Shown piece after piece: positions 12,501 to 25,463 of a stretch of DNA of 64,000 nucleotides. How positions within the stretch are numbered: the first letter of the stretch is position 1; each line of letters opens with the position of its first letter. The notes under the pieces were generated by a model. It saw nothing but the letters and a program-made list of their open reading frames with translations. It ran no database searches and was not told the origin of the DNA. The DNA is from Trypanosoma brucei (Eukaryota): positions 64,001-128,000 of the forward strand of contig AE017150.2 in assembly GCA_000002445.1 (NCBI GenBank). Reading direction: 5' to 3'. The position numbers were made by a program, and so were the translations under genes.

Positions 12501-13150
12501 GTCACAATCTCTCTCCCATGACACCTACTGGAAACACAACTCAGAGGAGTTATAGTTGAGGCATGTTTCCAATACGCCCTCTCCACCACGGATGGCAAAG
12601 AAGCAAAAAGTACTATTACATTTTTGTTCCTTTTATCATTGGCCTATAGATCCTTATCTCTACACGGATGTAAAATTTAGATTGTATAAATGAAAAGAAG
12701 ATGTGAAAAGTTAGTGTAGTATAATCCAATTCTTTAGTTAGTAACAGCACAAATGAAAACAAAACGTTACAATGTTTTCCTACGTCCGTCGATAACATTA
12801 TTTCTGTCTTTCTCTGTGCCCCTTAAGATTACGATGTGGCTTAACTCCAGTTACGCGTTAGCCGATAAAATACTACTTTTGCTATTCCTTAGTCGTCTTC
12901 ATTTCCACTTCCCTTCCCTCACCTCCGGCACTCAAGTGAATTATCACGTCCCTTTCCTTGCAGCAGCTGAGGAAGCTCATTACTGGTGGACAAACAACAC
13001 ACTTGGAAAGGCGCAACGGGGCACTTCAAGTTGTGATCATAAACCAAACCAGGCACAAAAACGAACCCGCTCCCCCTAATGGTTGGTTCCCTCCTCTTTA
13101 AGCATTTGTCACTCTTAACAGCAACGCCGTGCACTGCTACAAAAAAACAA

Positions 13151-15724
13151 TTACGCGTCTTCACCTCCTTCCACGTCGTCCATTGCTACGTCACCTCGCC
13201 CCTCCACAACCTCTTCACGAGCGCGCCGCCTTCCCGCCAGTCCGATCAATGCCGGTGCATCTCGCATGCCAGATTCTCGGCGATATGCCCGAATTAATTC
13301 CGCTTGCATCGTTTCCTTGAGTGTCACTTGGAATTGGTCGATGGATTCCCAAAATGTTTGTGGTCCCAGAGGACCTCCGTCCTCACCTTGATCTCTATCG
13401 GGAGGTCCTTCGCAAAGTTGCCTGATGGTTATCGTGCCACCGTTAACCGAATTAATGTATATCATCTCCCAAACCATGTTGCGGGAAAACGCACCCCAAT
13501 CAGAAAAATATCTTTCCATGTTTTTTCGGAACTTCTGCACCTTATCCGTAGTGGTGGGGTGCCTCTCCGACTTGGTTACTTGTAAAAGCACAGCTATATT
13601 TGGAGTGGTCGGTGGCGCTGCTCCGTCACGGTTTCTCCTGAACCGCCCCTCAACGAAAAAAAAGCCATCCACCACGGGTTCATTGCCTGTGGCAGGGAGG
13701 TAGAGAACCATGTATTCACAATTATCAATTGGTTGCTGTCTGGCCGCAGGTAAGGCCTTCTGCCCAATGAGTCTCAACTGCTGAGGAGCCATGTCGTTCA
13801 GTATGTTTCGACGGTCAGCTATTTCTCTGCCTCGTCGCAGGTATTTCAAGTTGTCTGCGATAACTTTAAAAACTCGAGGGAAAAGAAGCGAAAGCAACGC
13901 AAGCCTTTCAAAAGCGTTGGCCCCAACACACTCGTCTGATAATGTAATCTCCTTTGACGTCATCTCCACAATAAGAATGCCAAATAATGTGCAAATCAAC
14001 ATATTCCAAATGTTGACAGAAAGCGATCTGCAACGATATGAATCGACATTGACAGTCCCAGAGCTTACCCGCACTATCTTCACCAATTTGTGCGTTACCT
14101 TATCATTTTGCCAGCCCTTAGATTTACTAATAATCTTATCATATTTCTTTCCGTTATCGCTATCGAGCTGCCTAGCTTCTTTACGCACACTTTCCAGTCG
14201 TGCGTCATAGTCAGAGACTGAGAAAACAAAACGAGGCAGTGGACCAACCATGTCAATGCGCTCTTCCACAATTTTCCACTCGCTTTCAAGGTCCTCCATT
14301 AACTGCTGCTTCGTCTTGTCGCGCGGCACCTCCTCCGAAAGCACACACAGCTTTTTCCATGCCACAAATGCCTTCATGTCACGCACATCATCACAGTTTA
14401 TAATAATTTGGCGGTCTCCCGTGTCCTTTGCCCACTCCTCGTAATGTGCCGTATCCGGGGAAGTAAGGACAGTTACACCCCAACTCAAATGGCGCAGCTC
14501 ACCAGGCGGTTTAAGTAGGTCGTTACCGATGTCAACAATGATGTGACCTCTTTTATTTTCTAACGCATCCATAGCCGTAATAGCATTCTTTGAGACCACA
14601 TACTTTTCAACCCTCCCCTCTTCTCCGGGTTTCTTGTTATATATTAAGAAAGCGATTTCTCCCACGAAATATGCAACAACATCAAGCATTCCATCATTGA
14701 AGTGAAGCAATGAATGAAGCAAAAATGATCCAACTCCATACGACTTTCCAATACCAGGTGTACCAATAACAATATGTATCGGTGTTCTCTGAGCTGTCTT
14801 TTCCACCCACCATGCTTGTAACCCTCGTTGGATTATATACCACACGCGCATAATTTCACGACGGATGTATACATGTTTAAAATTGTTCTTGCGTATATTA
14901 ACGTCCCTCGATGCAAACCTGTTGTATGGCCAACCCTTCTCCGAAGTGAGAACAAAAATCTCCAAACCATAAGGTCTCTCCGGCACTCGTGCATCAACAT
15001 TCGCAGGAAGAGGAGTTATATCCACCTCCTCCTTCGTCCACATGTGCGGCGGTCTGCCATCGAACACTTTCATGCCAAGTGGCTCTTCATCATAACCCGA
15101 CATTACATAACTCCATTTTGCATTATAAATGGAATCATACACTCCTTTAATTTCGACAGCACTAGCAGCTGTTTGGGCAGCCCGTTCCAATGCTACATTG
15201 AGTGCATTATTCAGTAGCGCATTGACAACAATCCAAAGCCGCTCTCCATCTCTCAGTCCACGAATATTCACCTGTAACCCGGCCTTTACTACCTCATCTG
15301 CTTGTTGCCACTGCTGAAGATCCAATATTCCCTCATCCTCAAAGAAACCATAGACGCTGACAAAACGTTTGTACACTTTATACTCTGCCGTCGCGAATAT
15401 TAGATTGAGCGCATTAACGTCATTAATATACTCTTCAGGTTCCAGTACGAACACAAACATTGATACATTATTTTCTTCATTCACATTATATCTTCTGCCA
15501 AAATTACGCCTCAAAAAATCATTTACACTCACATTTTCAGGATGGACCCGACCTTCCAGCAAAACTGCGTCAACGCGGCTGAAAAGACTCCATTGTGGTT
15601 GGTTGTTATTCTCCACTCGCTGCTGCACTGCTGGAGGTTCCGCATCGTTACGCGCAGCCTCCTCATTTTCTCGTCTCCTTCCCTCAATATCACCCCTTCC
15701 TTCAATAGGAACCTGTTGATTCAT
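13151..15724 (-). CDS. RHS: Retrotransposon hot spot (RHS) protein, type-B N-terminus (MNQQVPIEGRGD...). Intact.
   Basis: 857-aa uninterrupted ORF. P-loop 'IVIGTPGIGKSYGVGSFLLHSLLHF' is encoded around 14745-14770. Conserved RHS blocks are present. The C-terminus is '...EEVVEGRGDVAMDDVEGGEDA'. Confidence 0.9.
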   Translation of the reverse strand: MNQQVPIEGRGDIEGRRRENEEAARNDAEPPAVQQRVENNNQPQWSLFSRVDAVLLEGRVHPENVSVNDFLRRNFGRRYNVNEENNVSMFVFVLEPEEYINDVNALNLIFATAEYKVYKRFVSVYGFFEDEGILDLQQWQQADEVVKAGLQVNIRGLRDGERLWIVVNALLNNALNVALERAAQTAASAVEIKGVYDSIYNAKWSYVMSGYDEEPLGMKVFDGRPPHMWTKEEVDITPLPANVDARVPERPYGLEIFVLTSEKGWPYNRFASRDVNIRKNNFKHVYIRREIMRVWYIIQRGLQAWWVEKTAQRTPIHIVIGTPGIGKSYGVGSFLLHSLLHFNDGMLDVVAYFVGEIAFLIYNKKPGEEGRVEKYVVSKNAITAMDALENKRGHIIVDIGNDLLKPPGELRHLSWGVTVLTSPDTAHYEEWAKDTGDRQIIINCDDVRDMKAFVAWKKLCVLSEEVPRDKTKQQLMEDLESEWKIVEERIDMVGPLPRFVFSVSDYDARLESVRKEARQLDSDNGKKYDKIISKSKGWQNDKVTHKLVKIVRVSSGTVNVDSYRCRSLSVNIWNMLICTLFGILIVEMTSKEITLSDECVGANAFERLALLSLLFPRVFKVIADNLKYLRRGREIADRRNILNDMAPQQLRLIGQKALPAARQQPIDNCEYMVLYLPATGNEPVVDGFFFVEGRFRRNRDGAAPPTTPNIAVLLQVTKSERHPTTTDKVQKFRKNMERYFSDWGAFSRNMVWEMIYINSVNGGTITIRQLCEGPPDRDQGEDGGPLGPQTFWESIDQFQVTLKETMQAELIRAYRRESGMRDAPALIGLAGRRRAREEVVEGRGDVAMDDVEGGEDA

Positions 15725-18700
15725 TTCGCTCTCCTAATAATAATCTTAATTGAGTGTGTTGTGTTATTTCCTTTCTTTGTAACATAAATTTTAAAAAAGG
15801 GATAAAAGATGAGGAAATTTAAAATGGATACGCTTATAAACCAAAGCAAATATACAACCAATAAATATTAGGAATTAATATGGCAGGCGGAAACTATTTA
15901 TTGAAATTAGGATTCAATACAAATCTTATCATGTGTTTAGAACTCACAGCAACTTAAGCACAAATAAGGTATGACAGTATGAAAAAATTTTTCTCTTGGG
16001 AGGAAAAACTCAAACAACAATTTCCATTCAGAACACACAATCATTCCAAAAAAAAATAATATACATATATGTATGTATTGAAAAGCAAAAAAAATAAATG
16101 TGGCATTGCCATGAGAAATAGGAAACAATAGTTTTAGCGATAAATCATGCAAAACGTAGAATACTCGGTTGCATACAGAAAAGTGCCTTACGTACCTTAC
16201 GAAATTTAAAAAAACAAAATACTGAATGTAACGATAAATATAAAACATTATCTTCACACTTCAAACCAGACACGTATTAAGCAAGAGAAAATAATTCATA
16301 TAATCTCATACATATGTTATGACGGGTATTGCATGCAGTACCATATAAAGGAAGTGTAACTCATATAACATTTTCAAAAAAAGATATTGAATGGTTGTTT
16401 GCTACCATCAATTACATTTCCAATGCCTGATTACACTTTTATATGCATGAAGGAAGTTACTGATCATAACTTTGACATGCTCGAGAATCCATAACACAAA
16501 GCGACAGCTGCATGCAATTAAAAATAAAACATAAAAACAACATCCGAATTCATTTACTGACAGATGAGTGCGAGTTATTCACCCAAACTTCATAGCTGCA
16601 AACATAAACTCGCCGTTGCCAAAAGGAAATAATCCCGCATAAATATTGAGTATCTGAAAATGATAGCAACGGGTTTCCATTTTTGAAATATATGCATAAA
16701 CTACATGAGGTATATGAAGCCGTATTGGTAAAGTGTCACTACGCATGTTGCAATTTACTATCAGAAGTGTCTTCCTTATTTTATTTCTTTTGTTACTGTA
16801 ACTCATGAGCATCGTTCATTATTCTTTACAATACAACTGTAAGTCATTTTGCATTTTTACATATTTCCTTATTCCCTCATACTGGAAGTATTCCACATAT
16901 AATATTCCTCAATATCGTTCACAAAATAAAAATAATTTCATTTTCTTCTGCATTCAGTTGCTCGTGTAGCAGTGTGCACACTAATCATCCATAAAGTTTT
17001 TAATTTGCCAAATACATCATTACGAAACTATTTTCCACAAATAAACAAACAAACAAATCATTGGGACAATATCTTTGAGATATTTCCTTTACTATATTTG
17101 CAGTTCAGTAGTGAATAAAAGAAACTTTTCTGTATAATTCAACACATGGTGGAATTGCACAGAAATGTGATGGTACTTATAATCAATAAGTTCTCAATTT
17201 TCCTCACACGGTCTCCTTTCATGCCTTTACATCCTTATATAATTCACAGAGAATTACTGCAATTTCTTTCATATGCTTTCAAGATTCCATATGTCACAAT
17301 ACAAATAATATATATATATATATATCCTCCTACATAATTTGCACATAATATTGCTTAACATATAAATTATCACAAACCTATGATATTACACTCTTCCTAA
17401 GAATAATAGAATCAAATCATTTCTATTTTGCATCATTACATGAAGCTTTGGAAAAGGAAAGAAAAAGAATCAAACAAAAGGTAATGTAAAGAACACAGTT
17501 TTTTAATACAGAATATAACTTGTTTGTGAATTTCAGATGCAAACACAAAATGTTCAAACAGGGAAACAGTAAAGGACGGTACTGGTGATGTAAGCACAAA
17601 TTAATCAAAAATAGAAACATAAATAAATTTGAAACTTATAAAAACACAAATATATATGACACAAATATTTACCACATATTATAATTCGCCACCCTCACAC
17701 TTGAATTATAAAGAGGACATAACACACATATGTGGTAAAACTAATACAACTCGAATATACGTATGTGCCATCTTATTAACATAATCATTCTAATATTTAC
17801 TCAGTATGTATGTCTGTGTGTAGAAATGATGAAATGTAATTGTAACAAATCAGGCACAACACAAACAAAATATATGCATTATATTATTCTCTAAAAAGAA
17901 GAATAAAAATCAAGAAATATTACGCAACTTTTCTCACAAGTAATTTTGTTTCTGTATATATATATATATATAACACGACAGCTAACAACATTAAACTCTC
18001 AATTCCATAATATCTGACACCTGAAGTGATAATTAGCAGCGGATGCCTTTAACAAAAAACAACAGAAATAACAACATCAAAGCATGTTTTGAGAGCTTAA
18101 ATAAACTTCCTCATGGATAAACCATTTGTACGAAGTTTGAGTGCCAAGTAGGAGGAACAAAGAAAAAATAAAAAAAAGAAGAATTAAATGGTAAAACAAT
18201 TGCGTGTGATATAACTAAAGGATTTGTTAGGCACTACACTCATTAAACTCCAGTTTCATAAAAATACTGTAAGGCATAATATTTACTGCTTTACCGGTTA
18301 TGTGCCTCCAGCAAGCAATAATAAATACTTCGAGTATTATTCGATTTCTGATGCTATGAAGTGTGTAATAAATTAGTGCATGAGTAAAATATTCAAATGT
18401 TGGTGTTCACTTCAGATTATAAACTCTGCACTATGAATGTCTCGCGATGTTTATAATTTGAGAGAGCAAAAGTGACGGCGCTACTATTTATTTCTTCCAG
18501 TTCATGAATATATAAATATATTTATACATATATAATCAGATATGACATGCAAAAGCGTTTAAACATCAGGCATGAACATCTTTCCATCCATTTAAAGTAA
18601 GACGATACAATAAGGTAAGTTTAGGATGAAGTGAAGGTATCATAATGTTAATATCTTCCTTCAAGCGGAGGATTCAATTCAAATAGGCGTACTTCACAAA

Positions 18701-19840
18701 CAATAGTAAAATAACTGAGAAAACTTATATCACTTAATCGTTATTTCCTTCAATTCTTATTTTGAATCGCTCTGTACCGTCACACCTTCAATAAAGTATA
18801 TAGTGACGCATTTCATACATCCTCCCTAAGCCATCTCTCATAGTCATAGTTCTCAACAGCAATAATAAAAAATAATGAATAGTTTAGTTCTTACCTTCCC
18901 TTTTTTACTATCGACAAGAAAGATATACGAAATAATTATCATGCTGAATAAACAGTAAGGTTTCCTCATTATCCAACACAAAATATGAATTGAAACGATA
19001 ATTTACTAACGAAGCGGAAGTGTCTGAAAGCGTCTTTAACCCGTCTCCTGTGCGGGGCGAAGAGGGTTGTGTTGTGTGGGCTTTCTAAAAATTTCACTCT
19101 CTTGCAGACAGCTGCGTAAATAAACGGGGAGTACAGGTGGGTTTAGAGAAATATAACCGTACAAAATAATACTCTGCACTCCTAAGTCCAAAACAACCAT
19201 TCGTAATGCAGGTTTTCAAAATACACGACATCATCTCAACAAATTGTAATTATTTTTTTTGCATAATGTCCTCCAGAAGACAGAACAACAGATGACACAG
19301 TGAAATAACACATGACAAACAAGGAATATAACCGCACATCCTCAGCAGTAAATGTTTCAGTTTCTCCTTTAAAAAAAAAAAAAGAAAAATAAAACAGTTT
19401 CACACGTGTGGTCCAAAAGCTGCATCAGCCAATACAATATCTTGACACCTTGTCACGCAGTCTTGCCTCAAGAAGAAAATAAATCATTCATCTCTGCTTT
19501 CCTTAGTTGATAAATGAGATCCCATGCTGTGTTAACTCACGTCTCCATTCAAAAAGTTGACTCAACGTTGTGACGAGGCAGTGACCAAAAACAATCCAAA
19601 TGCAATTCTAAATTTCTTCATCATATGCTTTCAGTTTTATTACACATTTCCCCAACCATTCCGAGTACTAACAGGAATAATTTGGTTCTATAATAATGCA
19701 TGTGTTTTCTACAGCTCTTTCATTTTGTTATGATCCGCACAAAAATTATATATGTGGTTGTTGATTCGTCCTGTCAATCAAAATAATAATCATAATAATT
19801 AATTTTCCCCTTTTCTTCATTTTTTCTATTAGCACATGCG
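15725..19840. repeat. Inter-RHS spacer. It has the type-B 5'-flank at 15725-16285, then joins the upstream module part-way (from 'aataattcatataatctcatacatatg') and continues into the distal spacer module.
   Basis: The type-B 5'-flank is shared with 25464-26020 and 30084-30480. The remainder is colinear with 6540-10100. Confidence 0.7.
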
Positions 19841-22240
19841 CACCTTGGTGAGATCACTTTCACTCATTTGCACTAATTGGTCAACACCATTTAGTTCGTT
19901 ATTCAACACACTCCCTTACATGTCCTCTTCTCACCATTTATAACCCACAGGAGCAGCATCAAATATAAATTGTGAAGAGGTATGAGATCACAAGGAGCTC
20001 GCTCTCATTGAGAAGGTTGGATGCGTCATATATATATAATCATGTAATCTTTTTCCATTTCAACAATACGCAAACCTCAACTGCGGAATCGACTTTGAAT
20101 GAGTTGACCTCGTCAGCATGAAACGGGGCCCGCCCAGTGGCATGAACATTAATCTTATCAGTAAACATGTGTTTGAGGTGTTGGTAATAAATGGGGTCAA
20201 AGAAAACATAAGTGCGTATCATCTTCCCCGTTATGCCCGAGTGGAAAATATACATCATCTCCTTGAAGATAATTGTATCGATGTTGTATCAATTCCTCAT
20301 TCAGCTCTTCATCCCTATCGGTACCCAAACGAAGTGCCATCGCCTAACTTTTCCATGAATGCACTCACGCCTTTGAGCTAACGAGTTTCAGCAACTTTGC
20401 ATCTGTCATACGGCTGGGGAATCCATGAGAATTTATGATCATATCTGTGCAAATGCCTTTACTCATTGAAGGGCATTTTAACACACCATCAGTGATGAGA
20501 TCCACTACTCCCTCCAGCCAGCGCCGTGAGGAAAACTTATTTCAGACCTCGGGACCGCAAACTTCTCTCGTGGCAACTTTAACTTTATTGTTCTACATCC
20601 ATTGATATATCCGAGTCACTGGAAGGTGAGAGATGACCACATTTGGTCCACAACAGCAGGCTGAGGGTATTTATTATATTCAAGAAAATTAGGTCTTGTT
20701 TTCATGGAAGGCACGGGAGTGTATTTGTTTACAAAAATATCAAACTGACAAACAGCCGCACCTTTACTACTGGCAATACCATCACTACTAAAGGCATTGT
20801 GTCTCGCAACATTTCAATCTGTTGGAAGAATTATATCATACATACTCACCGTTGGGAAGTCTTTCCAGTTCCATCTCATGCTTGCAGAAAACAACACGCC
20901 ACCCATAGCCACAATTGAGCGAACTGCGGTTGTGTACACCTTTGCGTCTTCAATATTGTAACCTCTATAGCTCATAATGCATACCATCGTATTAATTCCT
21001 GCACCTAATATTTCGTAGTTGCTTAGGTTCATAGCCTTCGTCCGGCAAAGGGATAGTTGAGAGTAAGCACTCAACATAAGTACTGTGTCCATTTATAATG
21101 TACTGAATATACGCAATGGTTCCAACAGCTTGCTTGCCCATGGCTGACTGTAATGTGTTTCGTGCAAATTGATTGTGATGTGTAAAGGAGAATAATGCTA
21201 GCGGCAACTCCAAGTGAGTCTCGTGTACTGCTCAATGTCTTTGTGGTGAACTGCTATAAGACAGACATTTGCCTTGTCATATACGTCAATGAATTCCACA
21301 ACAAACCTTCAGCTAAAATATCGTTAATCGAGCACTTGCCTGAACTCAAGTTATCCAGGTGTTGAGAAATTACAGCGTGTTTCCCATCGCGAACGACAAC
21401 ACACAACCGCATGATCCTTCTGCCAACACAAACAATTTGAACACTCTTCTGACGGTCATTTATCGCAATTGAAACGCAAGGATGCAAGCGGCCTGTGTTC
21501 CTCAGGGTTCGTAATACATCCCGACACAAACGGCTCATGTATCGATAAACGCACATCAGCGCTTCATTGAGAAAAACTGTGTAGTATTTAAGAAATTCGT
21601 TAAGGCTGATACAATCCATTTCGTACACTCCAATATTGTACGCATCCGCATGTAAAAAAAAAACAAATTATCCATGTCTAGTGTTACCTGACTAAGAATA
21701 GCAAAATTATTAACCAAACAGCAACAACTTTTACCCTCTGGGGTATTGCAAGGAGGGACATACACCATTCCCCATTGACTTGAATAGAGAAATAAGTCCG
21801 CACATGTGGGTCAATAGACGAGGCCATGGTCACTCCACTGCTGCCGTTACATATGATCACTGCATGGTTTTTATATCAATGTTGATGATGATGTGGGATT
21901 TGCTGCTGGAGGCAACCAGAAACATAAGTTTAAGGTTCCCACGTGTGGAGAGAGGCCCAACTGCCAACCCTCAACCAGGATAACAGAAGTGATTATAAGG
22001 AAAAAGACAACATATCATAGCATGTTTACACACCGACACATAATTGAAGAAAGAAAGAGAGAGAGAGGAAAATAGAAACAATCAGGTCACCAGCTGCGTG
22101 TCTGCGAAGAACACCATCAAGAGCTGCTCCATAACTGCAACCATAACTAACATGTATAATATAATTATAGCAGCTCGTATATGAAACAGCACATCCAGTA
22201 ACTGCTTCTAATGTTTGCATATTTCGCTCCGTCACAATCT
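19840..22240 (-). pseudogene. RPB2-family C-terminal pseudogene fragment, copy 2.
   Basis: ORFs 20040..20258, 20814..21092, 20992..21213, 21254..21628, 21556..21768 and 22026..22235 repeat the same motif series as copy 1. The frameshift pattern differs slightly: 21254..21628 fuses two of the copy-1 pieces. Confidence 0.6.
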
Positions 22241-22880
22241 CTCTCCCATGACACCTACTGGAAATACAACTCAGAGGAGTTTTAGTTCAGGCATGTTTCC
22301 AATACGCCCTCTCCACCACGGATGGCGAAGAAGCAAAAAGTACTATAGCATTTTTGTTCCTTTTATCATTGGCCTATAGATTCCTATCTCTACACAGATG
22401 GAAAATTTAGATTGTATAAATGAAAAGAAGATGTGAAGAGTTAGTGTAATATAATCCAATCCTATAGTTAGTAACAGCACAAATGAAAACAAAACGTTAC
22501 AATGTTTTCTTACGTCCGTCGATAACATTATTTCTGTCTTCATCTGTGCCCCTTAAGATTACGATGTGGCTTAACTCCAGTTACGCGTTAGCCGATAAAA
22601 TACTACTTTCGCTATTCCTTAGTCGTCTTCATTTCCACTTCCCTTCCCTCACCTCCGGCACTCAAGTGAATTATCACGTCCCTTTCCTTGCAGCAGCTGC
22701 GGAAGCTCATTACTGGTGGACAAACAACACACTTGGAAAGGCGCAACGGGGCACTTCAAGTTGTGATCATAAACCAAACCAGGTACAAAAACGAACCCGC
22801 TCCCCCTAATGGTTGGTTCCCTCCTCTTTAAGCATTTGTCACTCTTAACAGCAACGCCGTGCACTGCTAAAAAAAAACAA

Positions 22881-25463
22881 TTACGCGTCTTCACCTCCTT
22901 CCACGTCGTCCATTGCTACGTCACCTCGCCCCTCCACAACCTCTTCACGAGCGCGCCGCCTTCCCGCCAGTCCCATCAATGCTGGTGCATCTCGCATGCC
23001 AGATTCTCGGCGATATGCCTGAATTAATTCCGCTTGCATCGTTTCCTTGAGTGTCACTTGGAATTGGTCGATGGATTCCCAAAATGTTTGCGGTCCCAGA
23101 GGACCTCCGTCCTCACCTCTATCTCTATCGGGGGGTCCTCCGCAAAGTTGCCTGTGGGTTATCGTGCCACCGTTAACCGAATTAATGTATATCATTTCCC
23201 AAGCCATGTTACCCGAAAACGTGTTCCAGTCGGAAAAATAACTTGCTATGTTTTCTCGGAACTTCTGCACCTTATCCGTAGTGGTGGGGTGCCTCTCCGA
23301 CTTGGTTACTTGTAAAAGCACAGCTATATTTGGAGTGGTCGGTGGCGCTGTTCCGTCACGGTTTCTCCTGAGCCGCCCCTCAACGAAAAAAAAGCCATCC
23401 ACCACGGGTTCATTGCCTGTGGCAGGGAGGTAGAGAACCATGTGTTCACAGCGTTCAATTGGTCGCTGTTGGGCCGCAGGTAAGGCCTTCTGCCCAATGA
23501 GTCTCAACTGCTGAGGAGCCATGTCGTTCAGTATGCTTCGACGGTCAGCTATTTCTCTGCCTCGTCGCAGGTATTTCAAGTTGTTTGCGATAACTTTAAA
23601 AACTCGAGGGAAAAGAAGCGAAAGCAACGCAAGCCTTTCAAAAGCGTTGGCCCCGACACTCTCGTCTGACATTATAATCTCCTTTGACGTCATCTCCACA
23701 ATAAGAATGCCAAATAATGTGCAAATCAACATATTCCAAATGTTGACAGAAAGCGATCTGCAACGATATGATTCGACATTGACAGTCCCAGAGCTTACCC
23801 GCACTATCTTCACCAATTTGTGCGTTACCTTATCATTTTGCCAGCCCTTAGATTTACTAATAATCTTATCATATTTCTTTCCGTTATCGCTATCGAGCTG
23901 CCTAGCTTCTTTACGCACACTTTCCAGTCGTTCGTCATAGTCAGGGGCTGAGAAAACAAAACGAGGCAGTGGACCAACCATGTCAATGCGCTCTTCCACA
24001 ATTTTCCACTCGCTTTCAAGCTCCTCCTTTAACTGCTGCCTCGTTTTGTCGCGCGGCACCTCCTCCGAAAGCACACACAGCTTTTTCCATGCCACAAATG
24101 CCTTCATGTCACGCACATCATCGCAGTTTATAATAATTCGGCGGCCTCCCGTGTCCTTTGCCCACTCCTCGTAATGTGCCGTATCCGGGGAAGTGAGAAC
24201 AGTTATACCCCAACTCAAATGGCACAGCTCATCAGGCGGTGTAAGTAAGCGCTTACCGATGTCAACAATGATGTGCCCTTTTTTTTTCTTGGATACTAAC
24301 GCAGCTATTGCGTCAACGGCATCTTCCGGGACTTTATACCTCTCAACCCTCCCCTCTTCTCCGGGTTTCTTGTTATATATTAAGTAAGCGATTTTACCCA
24401 CGAAATATGCAACAACATCAAGCATTCCATCATTGAAGTGAAGCAATGAATGAAGCAAAAATGATCCAACTCCATACGACTTTCCAATACCAGGTGTACC
24501 AATAACAATATGTATCGGTGTTCTCCGAGCTGTCTTTTCCACCCACCATGTTTGCAGCCCTCGTTGGATTATATACCACACGCGCATAATTTCACGACGG
24601 ATGTATACATGTTTAAAATTGTTCTTGCGTATATTAACGTCCCTCGATGCAAACCTGTCGTATGGCCAACCCTTCTCCGAAGTGAGAACAAAAATCTCCA
24701 AACCATTGGGTCTCTCCGGCACTCGTGCATCAAGATTCGCAGGATCAGGAGTTATATCCACCTCCGCTTCGGTCCATATGCGCTGTGGTTTTCCATTAAA
24801 CACTTTCATTCCAAGTGGCTCTCTACGATAACCCGACATTACATAACTCCATTTCGCATCATAAATGGAATCATACACTCCTTTAATTTCGACAGCACTA
24901 GCAGCTGTTTGGGCAGCTCGTTCCAATGCTACATCGAGTGCATCATTCAACATGTTAGTGACAATAATCCAAAGCCGCCCTCCATCTCTCTGTCCACGAA
25001 TATTCACCTGTAACCCGGCCTTTACTACCTCATCTGCTTGTTGCCAGCGCTGAAGATTCAATATTCCCTCTCTGAACAACAGGGGGTAAGCAGTAGCAAA
25101 AACTTTGTACACTTGATACTCTGTTGTCGCGAATATTCGATTGAGCGCATTAACGTCATTAATATACTCTTCGCATCGTTGTACAAAGGCAAACATTGAT
25201 GCTCTCAGGAGACGTTGATCCAAGTCGATATCATCGAGTAAATTACGCCTCAAATAATCATTTACACTCACATTTTCAGGATGAGCCCGACCATTCAGCA
25301 AAACTGCTTCAATGCAGCTGAAAAGTCTCCATTGTGGTTGGTTATTATTCTCCACTCGTTGCTGGACTGCTGGAGGTTCCGCATCGTTACGCGCAGCCTC
25401 CTCACGCTCTCGTCTCCTTCCCTCAATGTCACCCCTTCCTTCAATAGGAACCTGTTGATTCAT
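22881..25463 (-). CDS. RHS: Retrotransposon hot spot (RHS) protein, type-B. Intact.
   Basis: 860-aa ORF. Close to 13151..15724 but has internal patches matching other paralogs. Contains a homopolymer run encoding 'SKKKKGHIIVD' at about 24270-24300. Confidence 0.9.
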   Translation of the reverse strand: MNQQVPIEGRGDIEGRRREREEAARNDAEPPAVQQRVENNNQPQWRLFSCIEAVLLNGRAHPENVSVNDYLRRNLLDDIDLDQRLLRASMFAFVQRCEEYINDVNALNRIFATTEYQVYKVFATAYPLLFREGILNLQRWQQADEVVKAGLQVNIRGQRDGGRLWIIVTNMLNDALDVALERAAQTAASAVEIKGVYDSIYDAKWSYVMSGYRREPLGMKVFNGKPQRIWTEAEVDITPDPANLDARVPERPNGLEIFVLTSEKGWPYDRFASRDVNIRKNNFKHVYIRREIMRVWYIIQRGLQTWWVEKTARRTPIHIVIGTPGIGKSYGVGSFLLHSLLHFNDGMLDVVAYFVGKIAYLIYNKKPGEEGRVERYKVPEDAVDAIAALVSKKKKGHIIVDIGKRLLTPPDELCHLSWGITVLTSPDTAHYEEWAKDTGGRRIIINCDDVRDMKAFVAWKKLCVLSEEVPRDKTRQQLKEELESEWKIVEERIDMVGPLPRFVFSAPDYDERLESVRKEARQLDSDNGKKYDKIISKSKGWQNDKVTHKLVKIVRVSSGTVNVESYRCRSLSVNIWNMLICTLFGILIVEMTSKEIIMSDESVGANAFERLALLSLLFPRVFKVIANNLKYLRRGREIADRRSILNDMAPQQLRLIGQKALPAAQQRPIERCEHMVLYLPATGNEPVVDGFFFVEGRLRRNRDGTAPPTTPNIAVLLQVTKSERHPTTTDKVQKFRENIASYFSDWNTFSGNMAWEMIYINSVNGGTITHRQLCGGPPDRDRGEDGGPLGPQTFWESIDQFQVTLKETMQAELIQAYRRESGMRDAPALMGLAGRRRAREEVVEGRGDVAMDDVEGGEDA